Below, in pieces: positions 1 to 10,633 of a DNA stretch of 64,000 nucleotides; position 1 is the first letter of the stretch; each line of letters opens with the position of its first letter. The DNA lies in assembly GCA_013298995.1 (NCBI GenBank), contig JAAFJW010000001.1:1047-65046 (forward strand), given 5' to 3'. The notes beneath the pieces were generated by a model. It ran no database searches, had not been told where the DNA came from, and saw only the letters and a list, made by a program, of their open reading frames with translations. The position numbers were made by a program, and so were the translations under genes. The stretch is from Sphingobacteriales bacterium (GTDB taxonomy: Bacteria > Bacteroidota > Bacteroidia > Sphingobacteriales > Sphingobacteriaceae).

Positions 1-1138
1 TTATATCACCTAATTTTTGCTTGGCTTCGGCCCGTATCAACATCATTTCGCCTGCTCTAAATACTTTGAAACTATTAATAGCGGGGTATTTATATAAGGC
101 AGATTTTAAAGTGTTTCCAACATCAGGTATGTTAAATGCCATAATTCTAGGGTCGGAATATGCACCACCTAAACTTTTTATAGTAGCTACTAAATCTGCT
201 GCAACACGGTAAGTAGAGGTATTCCCGTTGGTTGCTAAACCAGGCCTTAAAAAATTATCCGATGGTATTGCCCAATACACCTCTGTTGATGGAGCCGTTT
301 CGCTTGTTGTAGCAAATGCATCTACATAGCCATTAGCATTGGTTAATGGCCTTAAGGCAAGGGCAATGTTGGCATCGTTAATGGCATCGCTCCATTGCGC
401 TGCGTAATAATTTACCCTTGTACGCATAGCATAAACAACTGTACTATCAATTAAATAACGAGAAGTATTTGCTGTGGTGTTTCCACCGGCTCTAAATGCT
501 TGTAACGAGCCGTTTAAATCGGCATAAATATTATCGTAACATTCTTTTACTGTATTACGAGCTGGTTTATAGGCTAATGGTTTATCTGGGTCGAAAGTAG
601 TTACATAGGGTATGCCTAAGGAGCTGGAGTTTCTACCAAAATCGGGAGCTATGTAACGCATTAAGTCAAAGTGCGCTTGCGCCCTTATGGCCAATGCTTG
701 GGCTTTTATGCGCATAGCTTCGGCTTTGGTGTCTCCTACCTCGTAAGTGGGTAAAAATTTAAGTAAAATATTTACTCGAGCAATAATTAGGTAGGGCTGC
801 GAAAATATACCTGCTACTGCACCATTATCGGGGTCGTATTCCATTTCCGACATTTCATTCCAATTGCCCAATGTTCCTATTATTTCCACAAAATCATCTC
901 CCATTAAATCGGGTAAGGCACTCCAACCACTAGGGTTACCAGATGCCGCTTGGTTATCGTAATAATTTGCACTTTGGAAACCACTATAGGTACCATATAA
1001 AACATTTTTAACATCCTCAAAAGTTTTTATTTCGATTCTAAAAGAATCGGGATTTGTGTTTAATTCTTTGCTACACGAGCATATAAGCGTTAAGCACAAT
1101 ATGCTTAAATACGCTGTTTTTTTATATAAATTCTTCAT
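1..1138 (-). CDS. SusD/RagB-family nutrient-binding outer-membrane lipoprotein, partial (C-terminus lies beyond window start)
   Basis: ATG at 1138, 11 bp after the SusC stop. N-terminus MKNLYKKTAYLSILCLTLICSCSKE is a lipoprotein signal with Cys. The frame stays open to position 1 and reads ...GEMMLIRAEAKQKLGDI, typical of SusD. Classical SusC-SusD tandem. Confidence 0.8.
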   Translation of the reverse strand, partial: MKNLYKKTAYLSILCLTLICSCSKELNTNPDSFRIEIKTFEDVKNVLYGTYSGFQSANYYDNQAASGNPSGWSALPDLMGDDFVEIIGTLGNWNEMSEMEYDPDNGAVAGIFSQPYLIIARVNILLKFLPTYEVGDTKAEAMRIKAQALAIRAQAHFDLMRYIAPDFGRNSSSLGIPYVTTFDPDKPLAYKPARNTVKECYDNIYADLNGSLQAFRAGGNTTANTSRYLIDSTVVYAMRTRVNYYAAQWSDAINDANIALALRPLTNANGYVDAFATTSETAPSTEVYWAIPSDNFLRPGLATNGNTSTYRVAADLVATIKSLGGAYSDPRIMAFNIPDVGNTLKSALYKYPAINSFKVFRAGEMMLIRAEAKQKLGDI

Positions 1139-1149
1139 TTTATTTAAAA

Positions 1150-4100
1150 TTATAAGGTTAAATTAACACCAAAAGTTACTCTTTTCAAGGAAGGGTATTG
1201 TGCACCCTCAACTGTAGCGTTAGAGTTTGTTGGGTTGTTAATTGTTGAAACTTCCGGGTCCCAGCCTTGAAACTTAAACTTGGTGTATAAGTTTTGGCCT
1301 TGTATAAAAAATCTAAGTCCTTGAATTTTTATTTTAGTAAGCACACTATTGGGTAAACTGTAGGCTAACTGTATATTTTTTAACCTAAAAAAATCTCCTT
1401 TCTCTAAAAACCTTGTTGTAAAACGCCTTGTCGACTCCGTTATTCTGGGAAAATCGGTTATTTGCCCTTCTGTAGTCCAAGCATTTAACCCATTTGCAGC
1501 AAACGCATAATCAGCTAAAATATTCCATTCTAAATTGTAACGAGCTTTGTTAAAGATATAATTGCCACCGCTAAGAATACCCAGTGCGGTAAGCTCTATG
1601 CCTTTGTAACCCAACATTAAATTTATACCTGCATTGTGTGGGGCATCACTCGTACCTAAAATAACTTTGTTGTTAGCACTATAAGCCCCCAACTGGCCTG
1701 TGGCTGGATTTACAAATTGCGAATTACCTGTTTTAGGATCTACGCCAGCAAACTGTACCAAATAAAAACTATTTACTGGGCTACCTACTTGCAAAGCTTG
1801 GTATTCGCTTCGTGGGGTTAAAAGTAAAGGTTGGTCGGTGTCTAAAGATTTAATCGTGTTTTTGTTAAACGAATAATTTGCGCCAATGCTCCATTTAAAA
1901 TCTTTGGTGTTAATTAGCTTAAAATCAACTGTGGTTTCTATCCCTCGGTTTTGTAAATTGCCCGCATTGGCCGTAAAAGCAGCACCTGCACTATTAATGG
2001 ATGGTACATTAGGTTCGAAATACAAGCCTTTGGTATTGTTGTTATACCATTCAAAGCTTGTACGTATTCGTCCCTTAAAAAACTCGGCATCAATACCAAT
2101 ATTGGTCATTTCTTTTAATTCCCATTTTAAGTTTGGGTTACCCAACCTGCCAATTTGTAAGGTACCTAAACCGCCATAAGTACCCCCAATATATTGTGGC
2201 GAATAGGGGAATTGGCCTATGCCCCCTTGGTTGGCCGCATTACCATAACTTGCTTTTATTTTAGCTAAAGAAACAAAGTTGATGTTTTTAAAAAAATCTT
2301 CATCGCTTAATATCCAACTGGCACCTACCGAACCATAACTAACGTAACGGTTTGCAGGACTTAAACGCGATGAACCATCATTACGACCAGTTAAGGATAA
2401 AAAGTACCTGTTTTTATATGAGTAAGCCACATCTCCAAAAAAAGAAGCCACCGCATTGTTAACTGGAAAACCACCACCTACGCTAGGGATAAAGCCATTT
2501 GCAGCTGTACCCTCTACCAAACCCGTTTCGTTTTTAAACGGTAATAATAAACCATAGCCTGTAAAATTAAAGCTACGGCCTTGGTTTCTAACATATTCAT
2601 AATAAACAGAAGTGTTTAGTTTGTGATTTCCCTCGGCATCTAAATTGGTTTTATAATTTAAACTATTGGTAATGGTATAAGAAAAACGTCTATCTAAGGC
2701 TCGCTCTACTTCCCCATTTAGCCTAAATAGTTTTCCAAACCTAATACCGTTTTGAGTTGCCGTTTGCGAACCGTTGGGTATTAAATTAAAATCTTCAATT
2801 TGAGAGTAATCGCCCCCCATATTAATTTTGTAGCTTAAGTTTTTTATCCAAGGCAGTTTATAATCTAAAAAAACATTACCCGTACTTTTAAGTTGCCATC
2901 TTTGTGATATGTTAACCGTTAATGCTTCTACAGGATTTACCCAATCGCCAAATAATAAAGATTCAGTTGAATTTCCAAAAAAAGTTTTGCCATCGTCTTG
3001 ATAAACAGGCTCGTAAGGTAAAGACCAAAGTACATTATTTAACGGCGAGCCTATACCTTGATTACCCTCTCTTGTACCATTATAATCAGACCAACCGCCC
3101 GATAAATTAGTACCAATGGTTAAATTTTTATCGGTGTGCCTAATGTTTAACCTACCATTGTATTTTTTAATGCCCGTATTTATGGTAATACCGTCTTCGT
3201 TATAATAACCCAAGGAAGTGTAAAATGTGGTTTTATCGCTACCGCCCGATAAGGCTAATTGGTGGGATTGTGTTGCCCCTTTTCTAAATACATAATCGTT
3301 CCAGTTGGTGTTAATTTTCCCCAGTCGCAAATAATCTTCATCAGTACGATTTGGATATGATTTTGCAATGTTTTTTTCAAAAAATAATTTCTCAGATGTA
3401 TTCATTACTTTCAATTGGTTTTCGGGTAAGCGAGACATACCCGTTTGCCCATCGTAAGTAATTTTTAATTTACCTGTTTTACCTTGTTTAGAAGTAATTA
3501 CAATAACCCCATTACTACCTCTTGAGCCATAAATGGAGGTAGAAGAAGCATCTTTTAAAATGGTAACACTTTCAAAATCGTTTTGGTTCATCGTACTAAA
3601 ATCCCCACCCAATATCTCAATACCATCTAATATATAAAGCGGTGCACTAGAGCCATTTATAGAGCCTTGCCCACGTATAATCACATCGGCACTGCGGCCA
3701 GGTTGCCCCGAGCCTGTTTTAACGTTTAAACCTGCGGCTTGGCCTTGCAACAATTGATCGAACGAGGCATTAGGTTGCCCCATAGCACTTTCTATGGATA
3801 CTTGTGAAGCCGAACCTGTAAAATCTCTTTTAGATTTTGTGGCATAACCTGTAACAATTACTTCGCTAAGCGATTTGTTATCTTTCTGTAAAACTAGGTT
3901 TAATACTTCGTTTTTTGTGGAAACCTCCAAAGTGATATATCCTAAATACGATAAAATTAAAGTAGCATTATCGCCGTTTACCTTAATGGTAAATTTACCA
4001 TCGGCATTGGTTTGTGTACCGCTGGTGCTACCTTTTACCTTTACGCTTGCGCCTGGTATGGGTAAGCCGTCATCGTTTGCGGTTACCGTACCGCTAACTG

Positions 4101-4170
4101 TTTTTTCTTGTGCTAATGCGAGTGTGGTACTAAGCATTAGCATAAAAAAACCTTGTACAATTTTTCTCAT
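1150..4170 (-). CDS. SusC/RagA-family TonB-dependent outer-membrane receptor
   Basis: 1006 aa with a signal peptide. Carboxypeptidase-regulatory-like segment (TVSGTVTANDDGLPIPGASVKVKG), plug motifs (EVIVTGYA, IYGSRGSNGVIVITSKQGK) and a long beta-barrel ending in an aromatic-rich C-terminus. Directly upstream of SusD. Confidence 0.9.
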   Translation of the reverse strand: MRKIVQGFFMLMLSTTLALAQEKTVSGTVTANDDGLPIPGASVKVKGSTSGTQTNADGKFTIKVNGDNATLILSYLGYITLEVSTKNEVLNLVLQKDNKSLSEVIVTGYATKSKRDFTGSASQVSIESAMGQPNASFDQLLQGQAAGLNVKTGSGQPGRSADVIIRGQGSINGSSAPLYILDGIEILGGDFSTMNQNDFESVTILKDASSTSIYGSRGSNGVIVITSKQGKTGKLKITYDGQTGMSRLPENQLKVMNTSEKLFFEKNIAKSYPNRTDEDYLRLGKINTNWNDYVFRKGATQSHQLALSGGSDKTTFYTSLGYYNEDGITINTGIKKYNGRLNIRHTDKNLTIGTNLSGGWSDYNGTREGNQGIGSPLNNVLWSLPYEPVYQDDGKTFFGNSTESLLFGDWVNPVEALTVNISQRWQLKSTGNVFLDYKLPWIKNLSYKINMGGDYSQIEDFNLIPNGSQTATQNGIRFGKLFRLNGEVERALDRRFSYTITNSLNYKTNLDAEGNHKLNTSVYYEYVRNQGRSFNFTGYGLLLPFKNETGLVEGTAANGFIPSVGGGFPVNNAVASFFGDVAYSYKNRYFLSLTGRNDGSSRLSPANRYVSYGSVGASWILSDEDFFKNINFVSLAKIKASYGNAANQGGIGQFPYSPQYIGGTYGGLGTLQIGRLGNPNLKWELKEMTNIGIDAEFFKGRIRTSFEWYNNNTKGLYFEPNVPSINSAGAAFTANAGNLQNRGIETTVDFKLINTKDFKWSIGANYSFNKNTIKSLDTDQPLLLTPRSEYQALQVGSPVNSFYLVQFAGVDPKTGNSQFVNPATGQLGAYSANNKVILGTSDAPHNAGINLMLGYKGIELTALGILSGGNYIFNKARYNLEWNILADYAFAANGLNAWTTEGQITDFPRITESTRRFTTRFLEKGDFFRLKNIQLAYSLPNSVLTKIKIQGLRFFIQGQNLYTKFKFQGWDPEVSTINNPTNSNATVEGAQYPSLKRVTFGVNLTL

Positions 4171-4797
4171 GAAATAATAATTTTTTCTACGTGTGTTAAA
4201 TAGTGTTAGTTAATATAAATATAATGTTAGTTGTGATAATAAACCAAATTTTAATTCGCATAAATTGAGATTAATTTTTAATATACTGTTAATCAGTACA
4301 TTAATTTTATAAAATAATTGCCGTATATTTTTAATATTTTGCTATCAAATCTTATTTAAAATTAATAAATTAATAAATTATTGGCGTAATTGTGAGAAAT
4401 TTGAAAATATTTCAGATAAAAAAAGAGTAGATACAAGCCTTAAAGCAGGCATAATTTTTATGTTGCTTGTGGTTAAGAGTGGTGTTTAAACAGTAAAAAA
4501 CACCCAAAAATGCTATGGCTTAGAGTGTATCTACTCGCTCCAAGGCATGGCATAATAAGCTATTAAAAAATAAAAACAGTGTTGTGTAGGCAAACGCAAC
4601 ACGGCGGTGGTTGTTTTTTGTTTGATTAAGTAAAAAAAAATGGCGAAGGGTACTTGTTGCAGAAGTGCTGATGTAACGCCCAGTTTAAAAACTGGCAAAG
4701 AAGTTTAAAGCATAAAAAATGCCTGTTAATTGCACTTATAAACTTTAGTTAATAATTAGGTTTGGTTTGTGCTTTTTTTTATTGGTTTGCTGGCCAA

Positions 4798-5364
4798 TTA
4801 CTCGGCGTTTAATTCATTTTTAAACGAGGCTAACATACGCCCCCCTTTATAAAAATACCTATTCCAGTAGGGGTCTTGCAGGTTACTTATCATTACGCCT
4901 TTGCTAGATGATGCGTGTGCAAACTTACCATCGCCTATGTAAACGCCCACATGGCTAATTGCCCTGCTATGTATTTTAAAAAAAACCAAGTCGCCCTGCT
5001 CTAATTCGGCTTTATTTATTGGGCTAACCATACTAAAAATATTGCGAGAGTTATTACCAATGATGGTGCTAAAAGCCTTATCGTATAATTTATAGGCAAA
5101 GCCCGAACAGTCTATCCCTTTTTTCGAATCGCCACCTAAGCGGTAGGGGGTACCCAGCCAATCGTAAATAAATTTATACATTTTGGTATTTGATGTGGCC
5201 GAAATAGCCACGCCCATTATTTGCGAAAAGTATTGTGACGCTAAATTATCGGGGTCGTTTGTTTCTTCTTTTTCAGAAGATATAGGGTTTATATGTTTTT
5301 TGTTTTGCGCATTTGCCGTCAAGAAAGTGGTTAAAAAAAGTGTTAAAAACAATATTCTCTTCAT
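4798..5364 (-). CDS. NlpC/P60 (C40) family cell-wall peptidase, secreted/lipoprotein
   Basis: Signal peptide MKRILFLTLFLTTFLTANA. Catalytic Cys motif GIDCSGFAYKLY and His region ISHVGVYIGDGKFAHASS. Confidence 0.85.
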   Translation of the reverse strand: MKRILFLTLFLTTFLTANAQNKKHINPISSEKEETNDPDNLASQYFSQIMGVAISATSNTKMYKFIYDWLGTPYRLGGDSKKGIDCSGFAYKLYDKAFSTIIGNNSRNIFSMVSPINKAELEQGDLVFFKIHSRAISHVGVYIGDGKFAHASSSKGVMISNLQDPYWNRYFYKGGRMLASFKNELNAE

Positions 5365-5594
5365 TAATTCTTGATTTAATGTTACATTTTTAAAAAACTT
5401 TACTATTAATCACAAAATATAATTTTGTAGGATTACAAAAGTAAAGTTTATGTTTGTTATACGCAACATAAAAGTTTATGTTTTGGTTATTTTTGGGTAA
5501 AATACAATTTTAAACCTTTTTAATATGATTAAGGTTTCATATTTAATTAGATATTGATAGATTTGTTTTCAAAATTAAAAAAGAATAATTACTA

Positions 5595-6590
5595 ATGAGT
5601 TCAGTTGCTATTACTAAAGATACCTACTTAAATTGGTACGAAATTATGCTTTTATTAAGGCGGTTTGAAGAAAAAGCCGGCCAATTATATGGGCAACAAA
5701 AAATAAGGGGCTTTTGTCATTTATACATAGGCCAAGAAGCTGTAATAGCTGGCACTATTTCGGCTACAACAAAATCGGATAGCATGATAACTGCTTACCG
5801 CGACCACGCACACCCATTGGCCAAAGGAATGTCGCCTAATGCGGCTATGGCCGAGTTATATGGCAAAGCCACAGGTTGCTCGAAAGGTAAAGGTGGCTCG
5901 ATGCACTTTTTTGATAAAGAAAATAAGTTTTTTGGTGGCCATGGTATTGTTGGCGGTCAAGTACCGTTAGGTGCTGGCATTGCATTTGCCGAACAATACC
6001 TAGGAACCAAAAACGTAAACGTATGCTACATGGGCGATGGTGCTGTACGCCAAGGTGCTGTACACGAAACATTTAACCTAGCCATGCTATGGAAAATACC
6101 CGTAGTATTTGTGTGCGAAAACAATGGCTACGCCATGGGTACATCCGTAGCTCGCTCATCTAATATTACAGATATTTACAAACTAGGCTTAGGTTTTGAT
6201 ATGCCCTGCCAGCCTGTAGATGGCATGGACCCTGTAGCAGTACATACCGCCATGGACGAAGCTGTACAAAGGGCTCGAAATGGCGATGGTCCAACGTTTT
6301 TAGAAATAAGAACTTACAGGTATAAAGGGCACTCGATGTCAGACCCGCAAAAATACCGCAGCAAAGAAGAGGTAGAAGAATACAAAGCCAAAGACCCTAT
6401 CGAAATTGTTAAAAAACATATTACCGAACAAGGTTGGAAAGATGAAGCTTGGTTTGATGAGATGGCCGCCAAAGTAAAAGCACAGGTAGAAGAAGCGGTA
6501 AAATTTGCCGAAGAATCGCCTTACCCCGCAGCCGAAGAGCTTTTTAACGATGTTTATACCGATGCTAACTATCCTTTTGTTAAAGATTAA
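5595..6590 (+). CDS. pdhA: Pyruvate dehydrogenase E1 component, alpha subunit
   Basis: 331 aa. Motifs FCHLYIGQEA, ITAYRDH, GKGGSMH and YMGDGAVRQG...ENNGYAMGT (ThDP-binding) are typical of heterotetrameric E1 alpha. Confidence 0.9.
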   Translation: MSSVAITKDTYLNWYEIMLLLRRFEEKAGQLYGQQKIRGFCHLYIGQEAVIAGTISATTKSDSMITAYRDHAHPLAKGMSPNAAMAELYGKATGCSKGKGGSMHFFDKENKFFGGHGIVGGQVPLGAGIAFAEQYLGTKNVNVCYMGDGAVRQGAVHETFNLAMLWKIPVVFVCENNGYAMGTSVARSSNITDIYKLGLGFDMPCQPVDGMDPVAVHTAMDEAVQRARNGDGPTFLEIRTYRYKGHSMSDPQKYRSKEEVEEYKAKDPIEIVKKHITEQGWKDEAWFDEMAAKVKAQVEEAVKFAEESPYPAAEELFNDVYTDANYPFVKD

Positions 6591-6616
6591 TACTAAAAAT
6601 TTACTTAAAATATAAA

Positions 6617-8239
6617 ATGGCCGAAATAATTAAAATGCCCAAAATGAGCGACACCATGACCGAGGGTGTATTGGCAAAATGGCATAAAAAAGTAGGAGAT
6701 AAAATTAAAGCTGGAGATGTAATTGCCGAAATCGAAACAGATAAAGCAACCATGGATTTCGAATCGTTCCAAGAAGGTACATTGCTATTTGTAGGCTTAG
6801 AAGAAGGTAAAGCCGTACCCGTAGATACCATTATTGCTGTAATAGGCGATGAAGGCGAAGATTATAAAGCAGCATTAGCTAGCGATAGCAGCAGTAACGA
6901 AACAGCCACACCTGTTGCCGAAACTGGGCAACAAAAAGAGGCCACCACTGCAGTTATTGATACTTCGGGCATCCCGGCAACGGTAATACGCATGCCTGCG
7001 TTGAGCGATACCATGACCGAGGGCGTTATTAATAAATGGAACTTTAAAGTGGGAGATACTGTAAAAGCCGACGACTCGCTGGCCGATGTTGAAACCGATA
7101 AAGCAACCATGGAAGTAGTAGGCTACGAAGATGGTACTTTGCTTTATTTAAGCGTAAACGAAGGCGAAGCCGTACCTGTAAACGGTATTATTGCTATTGT
7201 GGGCGCAGCGGGCACCGATATTTCTTTGTTATTAAAACAGGGTGAGGCTGTTACCAGCATACCCGAAGCGGGAGCAAGCGATACGAAATCAGCGCAAGCG
7301 ATAGAAACAAATGTAGAAAAACCTGTTTCGCTTGACGATAGCCGTGTAAAAGCATCGCCACTGGCCCGCAAAATAGCACAAGATAAAGGCATTAATTTAA
7401 ACGATGTAAAAGGCAGTGCCGAAGGTGGCCGTATTGTAAAAAAGGATATTGATACATTTACACCTACGCCTAAAAAAGAGGCTACCGTTGCACCTAGCGT
7501 AGCCAACACCGAAAAAGCTTCGGCCCCAGCGGTAACGTTGCCACAGGTTATAGGCGAAGAAAAATATACCGAAAAACCAGTTTCGCAAATGCGTAAAGTA
7601 ATAGCTAAGCGCCTTGCCGAATCGCTATTTACAGCACCGCACTTTTACCTTACCATGAGCATTGATATGGACCAAGCCATAACCGCCCGTGGTAAAATAA
7701 ACGAATACGCACCTACCAAAGTTTCGTTTAACGATATGGTTTTAAAAGCCTGTGCGGTTGCATTAAAACAACATCCTAATATTAACTCATCGTGGTTGGG
7801 CGATAAAATACGCTTTAACGAGCATGTAAATATTGGCGTAGCTGTAGCTGTAGAAGATGGCTTGCTGGTGCCTGTTGTGCGCTTTGCCGATGGCAAATCG
7901 CTTACGCATATATCGGCCGAGGTAAAAGATTTTGCAGGCCGAGCCAAAGCCAAAAAACTACAACCCGCCGACTGGGAAGGCTCAACTTTTACCATCTCTA
8001 ATTTAGGTATGTTTGGTATTGATGAATTTACAGCTATCATAAACCCGCCCGATGCCTGTATATTGGCGGTGGGAGGTATTTCGCAGGTTCCCGTAGTAAA
8101 AAATGGGCAGGTGGTACCCGGTAATGTAATGAAAGTTACCCTAAGTTGCGACCACCGTGTGGTAGATGGTGCCATGGGAGCTGCCTTTTTACAAACCCTA
8201 AAAGCATTGTTAGAAGAACCCGTTAGGCTACTTGCCTAG
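6617..8239 (+). CDS. pdhC: Dihydrolipoamide acetyltransferase (E2) with two lipoyl domains
   Basis: Two lipoyl domains (…AEIETDKATMDFES… and …ADVETDKATMEVVG…). E3-binding segment (ASPLARKIAQDKGINL). Catalytic domain with the DHRVVDG motif near the C-terminus. Confidence 0.9.
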   Translation: MAEIIKMPKMSDTMTEGVLAKWHKKVGDKIKAGDVIAEIETDKATMDFESFQEGTLLFVGLEEGKAVPVDTIIAVIGDEGEDYKAALASDSSSNETATPVAETGQQKEATTAVIDTSGIPATVIRMPALSDTMTEGVINKWNFKVGDTVKADDSLADVETDKATMEVVGYEDGTLLYLSVNEGEAVPVNGIIAIVGAAGTDISLLLKQGEAVTSIPEAGASDTKSAQAIETNVEKPVSLDDSRVKASPLARKIAQDKGINLNDVKGSAEGGRIVKKDIDTFTPTPKKEATVAPSVANTEKASAPAVTLPQVIGEEKYTEKPVSQMRKVIAKRLAESLFTAPHFYLTMSIDMDQAITARGKINEYAPTKVSFNDMVLKACAVALKQHPNINSSWLGDKIRFNEHVNIGVAVAVEDGLLVPVVRFADGKSLTHISAEVKDFAGRAKAKKLQPADWEGSTFTISNLGMFGIDEFTAIINPPDACILAVGGISQVPVVKNGQVVPGNVMKVTLSCDHRVVDGAMGAAFLQTLKALLEEPVRLLA

Positions 8240-8264
8240 GTTATTGTGGTACTAAAAAAAAGTA

Positions 8265-8304
8265 AAATGTTATTCTGTATAATTTAACAGAGTAACATTT
8301 TTTT
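8265..8304 (+). terminator. Intrinsic terminator after the pdh genes
   Basis: Arms AAATGTTATTCTG / CAGAGTAACATTT (one mismatch) followed by a T-run. Confidence 0.6.
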
Positions 8305-8390
8305 ATGCATATTAAATTTGGTATTTATTGGTAACGCCCTAGTTTTTAAGTGGTGTGTTGCATTTTGTAAAATAAAAAATATAATCTCCT

Positions 8391-9320
8391 ATGAATAAAA
8401 ACGACAAGATTTACATTGCTGGGCATCGAGGAATGGTAGGTTCGGCTATATTGCGTAAACTACACGCCGAAGGATTTACCAATTTGCTTACCCGTACATC
8501 TGCCGAGCTTGATTTGCGAAATCAGGCGCAAGTAAACCAGTTTTTTGAACTCGAAAAACCCCAATACGTTTTTTTAGCCGCCGCAAAAGTAGGCGGTATT
8601 ATAGCCAACAATACTTACCGAGCCGATTTTTTGTACGAAAACCTACAAATTCAAAATAATGTTATACATGCAAGTTACCTAAATGGTGTAAGCAAACTGA
8701 TGTTTTTGGGCTCTAGCTGTATTTACCCTAAACTTGCCCCACAGCCTCTAAAAGAAGATTATTTATTAACGGGCTTGCTCGAACCCACCAACGAGCCTTA
8801 TGCCATTGCAAAAATTGCGGGCATTAAAATGTGCGATGCCTACCGCAGTCAATATGGCTGTAACTATATTTCGGTAATGCCTACCAACCTATACGGCTAT
8901 AACGATAATTACCATCCCGAAAACTCACACGTATTACCCGCTTTAATTAGGCGTTTCCACGAAGCTAAAACACAGGACGCATCACATGTAACTATTTGGG
9001 GTACAGGCTCGCCGATGCGAGAGTTTTTGTTTGCCGATGATTTGGCTAATGCTTGTTTTTACTTGATGCAGCACTATGATAGCGAAGGCTTGGTAAATAT
9101 TGGTACAGGTACTGATATTTCGATTAAAGATTTAGCCCTATTGATTAAAGAAATTATACAATACCCAGGCGAACTAAAATTTGATACCAGTAAACCTGAT
9201 GGTACACCTCGTAAACTAATGGATATAAGTAAATTAAGTGCGTTAGGCTGGCAAGCTACTACACAGCTTAAAGATGGAATTGCGCTAGCTTACCAAGATT
9301 TTTTGTCGAAAGTACAATAA
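8391..9320 (+). CDS. fcl: GDP-L-fucose synthase (GDP-4-keto-6-deoxymannose 3,5-epimerase/4-reductase)
   Basis: 309 aa. N-terminal Rossmann motif [20 protein letters not shown] and YAIAKIAG (YxxxK) motifs. Overall layout typical of Fcl/WcaG. Confidence 0.9.
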   Translation: MNKNDKIYIAGHRGMVGSAILRKLHAEGFTNLLTRTSAELDLRNQAQVNQFFELEKPQYVFLAAAKVGGIIANNTYRADFLYENLQIQNNVIHASYLNGVSKLMFLGSSCIYPKLAPQPLKEDYLLTGLLEPTNEPYAIAKIAGIKMCDAYRSQYGCNYISVMPTNLYGYNDNYHPENSHVLPALIRRFHEAKTQDASHVTIWGTGSPMREFLFADDLANACFYLMQHYDSEGLVNIGTGTDISIKDLALLIKEIIQYPGELKFDTSKPDGTPRKLMDISKLSALGWQATTQLKDGIALAYQDFLSKVQ

Positions 9321-9463
9321 GGGTTACTTTGCTGGTATGCGTAGCTTATTTTGCCGTAGCTTGGGGAGGTGCGTTTGTATTATGAATGCCTAGCTTGCTA
9401 CGTTTTCGCAGAAGCTAATAATAGGAGGTTAGATTAATGATTATTTATATGATTTTTAGGTTA

Positions 9464-10552
9464 TTACGATTTTTGTTTCGACTTAATTTTTAGCGTAATT
9501 ATGAGATTAAAAATTATACAAATAAGAATAAAAAGTGCAATTAAAACCACATTGCCTTGTAGCCGAAACTGCAAGCCTAGGTATATAAAAAAGAAATTAA
9601 CCACCATTAATAACATGGTAACCTGCATGTGGCTAAGGCCAAACTTTAGTAAACGATGGTGTATATGGTTTCTATCGGCTACAAAAGGTGATTTACCTTT
9701 GATTAACCTAATTAAAAATATGCGGCAGGTATCAAAAATAGGAATAATAAGTATGGCAATAGCAATAGATGGGGCCGAGTAAAATAGTGGCCTCACAGCT
9801 ATAGCGGGCGAAAATTTATTAAGTTCTATGTATCTAATGGCCAATACAATGGAAATAAAACCTATTAAAAAAGACCCGGTATCGCCCATAAAAATTTTGG
9901 CAGGCGAATAATTAAAAAACAAAAATCCAATAATAGCACCTACCATACTAAATGCGATACAAGCAATTTCAAACTGCCCCATATAGTAAAATAATACGCC
10001 AAAAGAGGCATTAACAACTACCCCAATTGTGCCCGCTAAGCCATCAATACCATCAATTAAATTAAAAGCATTTATACATAAAACAACGGTAATAATGGTG
10101 AGGATTACGCCTTGTAGTGGCGAAATTTCGTAAATATCAAAAATACCGTATAAACTTGTAAGCCTTACGTTACCCAAAACAACTACAACTGTGGAGGCTA
10201 AAAATTGAACGCTAAATTTTGTGGTTGAATTTACACCCGCCAAATCATCTTTTAGCCCTACTGCAAAAAGCATAATACAAGAGGTGAGTAAAAAATTGGC
10301 TGGTAAAACCTCGCTGTAGCTTAAAAAAATTAACGATACAATGGTAAAACTGCAAAAAATGGCTACGCCGCCTAAGCGAGGGGTACTTTCGGTATGCTGT
10401 TTACGCTCCGATTCCATATCGTCAAACAGGTGCCTAATTTTAGAAACATGTATAATTGAAGGTAAGGTAATTAGCGAAATAAGTGTACTTAAAACAATAA
10501 TACCTAGGTATGAAAGAAGCTGATGTTGAGATAAAAAATCTTTCATTTGCAT
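9464..10552 (-). CDS. Polyprenyl-phosphate N-acetylhexosamine-1-phosphate transferase (WecA/MraY superfamily), initiating transferase
   Basis: 362 aa polytopic membrane protein. Motifs GLKDDL, NAFNLIDGIDGLA, FMGDTGS and HIHHRL are characteristic of the family. Confidence 0.85.
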   Translation of the reverse strand: MQMKDFLSQHQLLSYLGIIVLSTLISLITLPSIIHVSKIRHLFDDMESERKQHTESTPRLGGVAIFCSFTIVSLIFLSYSEVLPANFLLTSCIMLFAVGLKDDLAGVNSTTKFSVQFLASTVVVVLGNVRLTSLYGIFDIYEISPLQGVILTIITVVLCINAFNLIDGIDGLAGTIGVVVNASFGVLFYYMGQFEIACIAFSMVGAIIGFLFFNYSPAKIFMGDTGSFLIGFISIVLAIRYIELNKFSPAIAVRPLFYSAPSIAIAILIIPIFDTCRIFLIRLIKGKSPFVADRNHIHHRLLKFGLSHMQVTMLLMVVNFFFIYLGLQFRLQGNVVLIALFILICIIFNLIITLKIKSKQKS

Positions 10553-10633
10553 ACTACTTTATAAAAAAATAAGCTATTGCATACTTCCGTTTGCTTTGCA
10601 TAGCTGTAATGTATGTTTTTTGTGCAAAGTTAC

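Noticed and set aside
1-4170. The SusC/SusD pair as an unusual polysaccharide utilisation locus (no regulator or glycoside hydrolase nearby).
   Set aside because: The rest of the PUL may lie beyond the window start. Nothing atypical is visible in the two genes.
4171-4797. Long 627-bp upstream region of susC with short hairpins (for example GGTGTTT...AAACACC, GTGTTG...CAACAC) and a 22-codon mini-ORF.
   Set aside because: I recognised no conserved riboswitch or sRNA motif, and the hairpins are short. There is insufficient evidence for an RNA gene.
6601-8175. Several long antisense ORFs inside the E2 gene (6601..6831, 6862..7110, 7144..7509, 7645..8175).
   Set aside because: These are shadow ORFs on the opposite strand of a well-supported coding region. 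They show no motifs and are low-complexity translations.
5595-8239. Apparently missing E1 beta gene between pdhA and the E2 gene; duplicated lipoyl domain.
   Set aside because: As far as I recall, separate location of E1 beta and multi-lipoyl E2 proteins are both common. Nothing in the sequence suggests a deletion, because the intergenic gap is clean at 26 bp.
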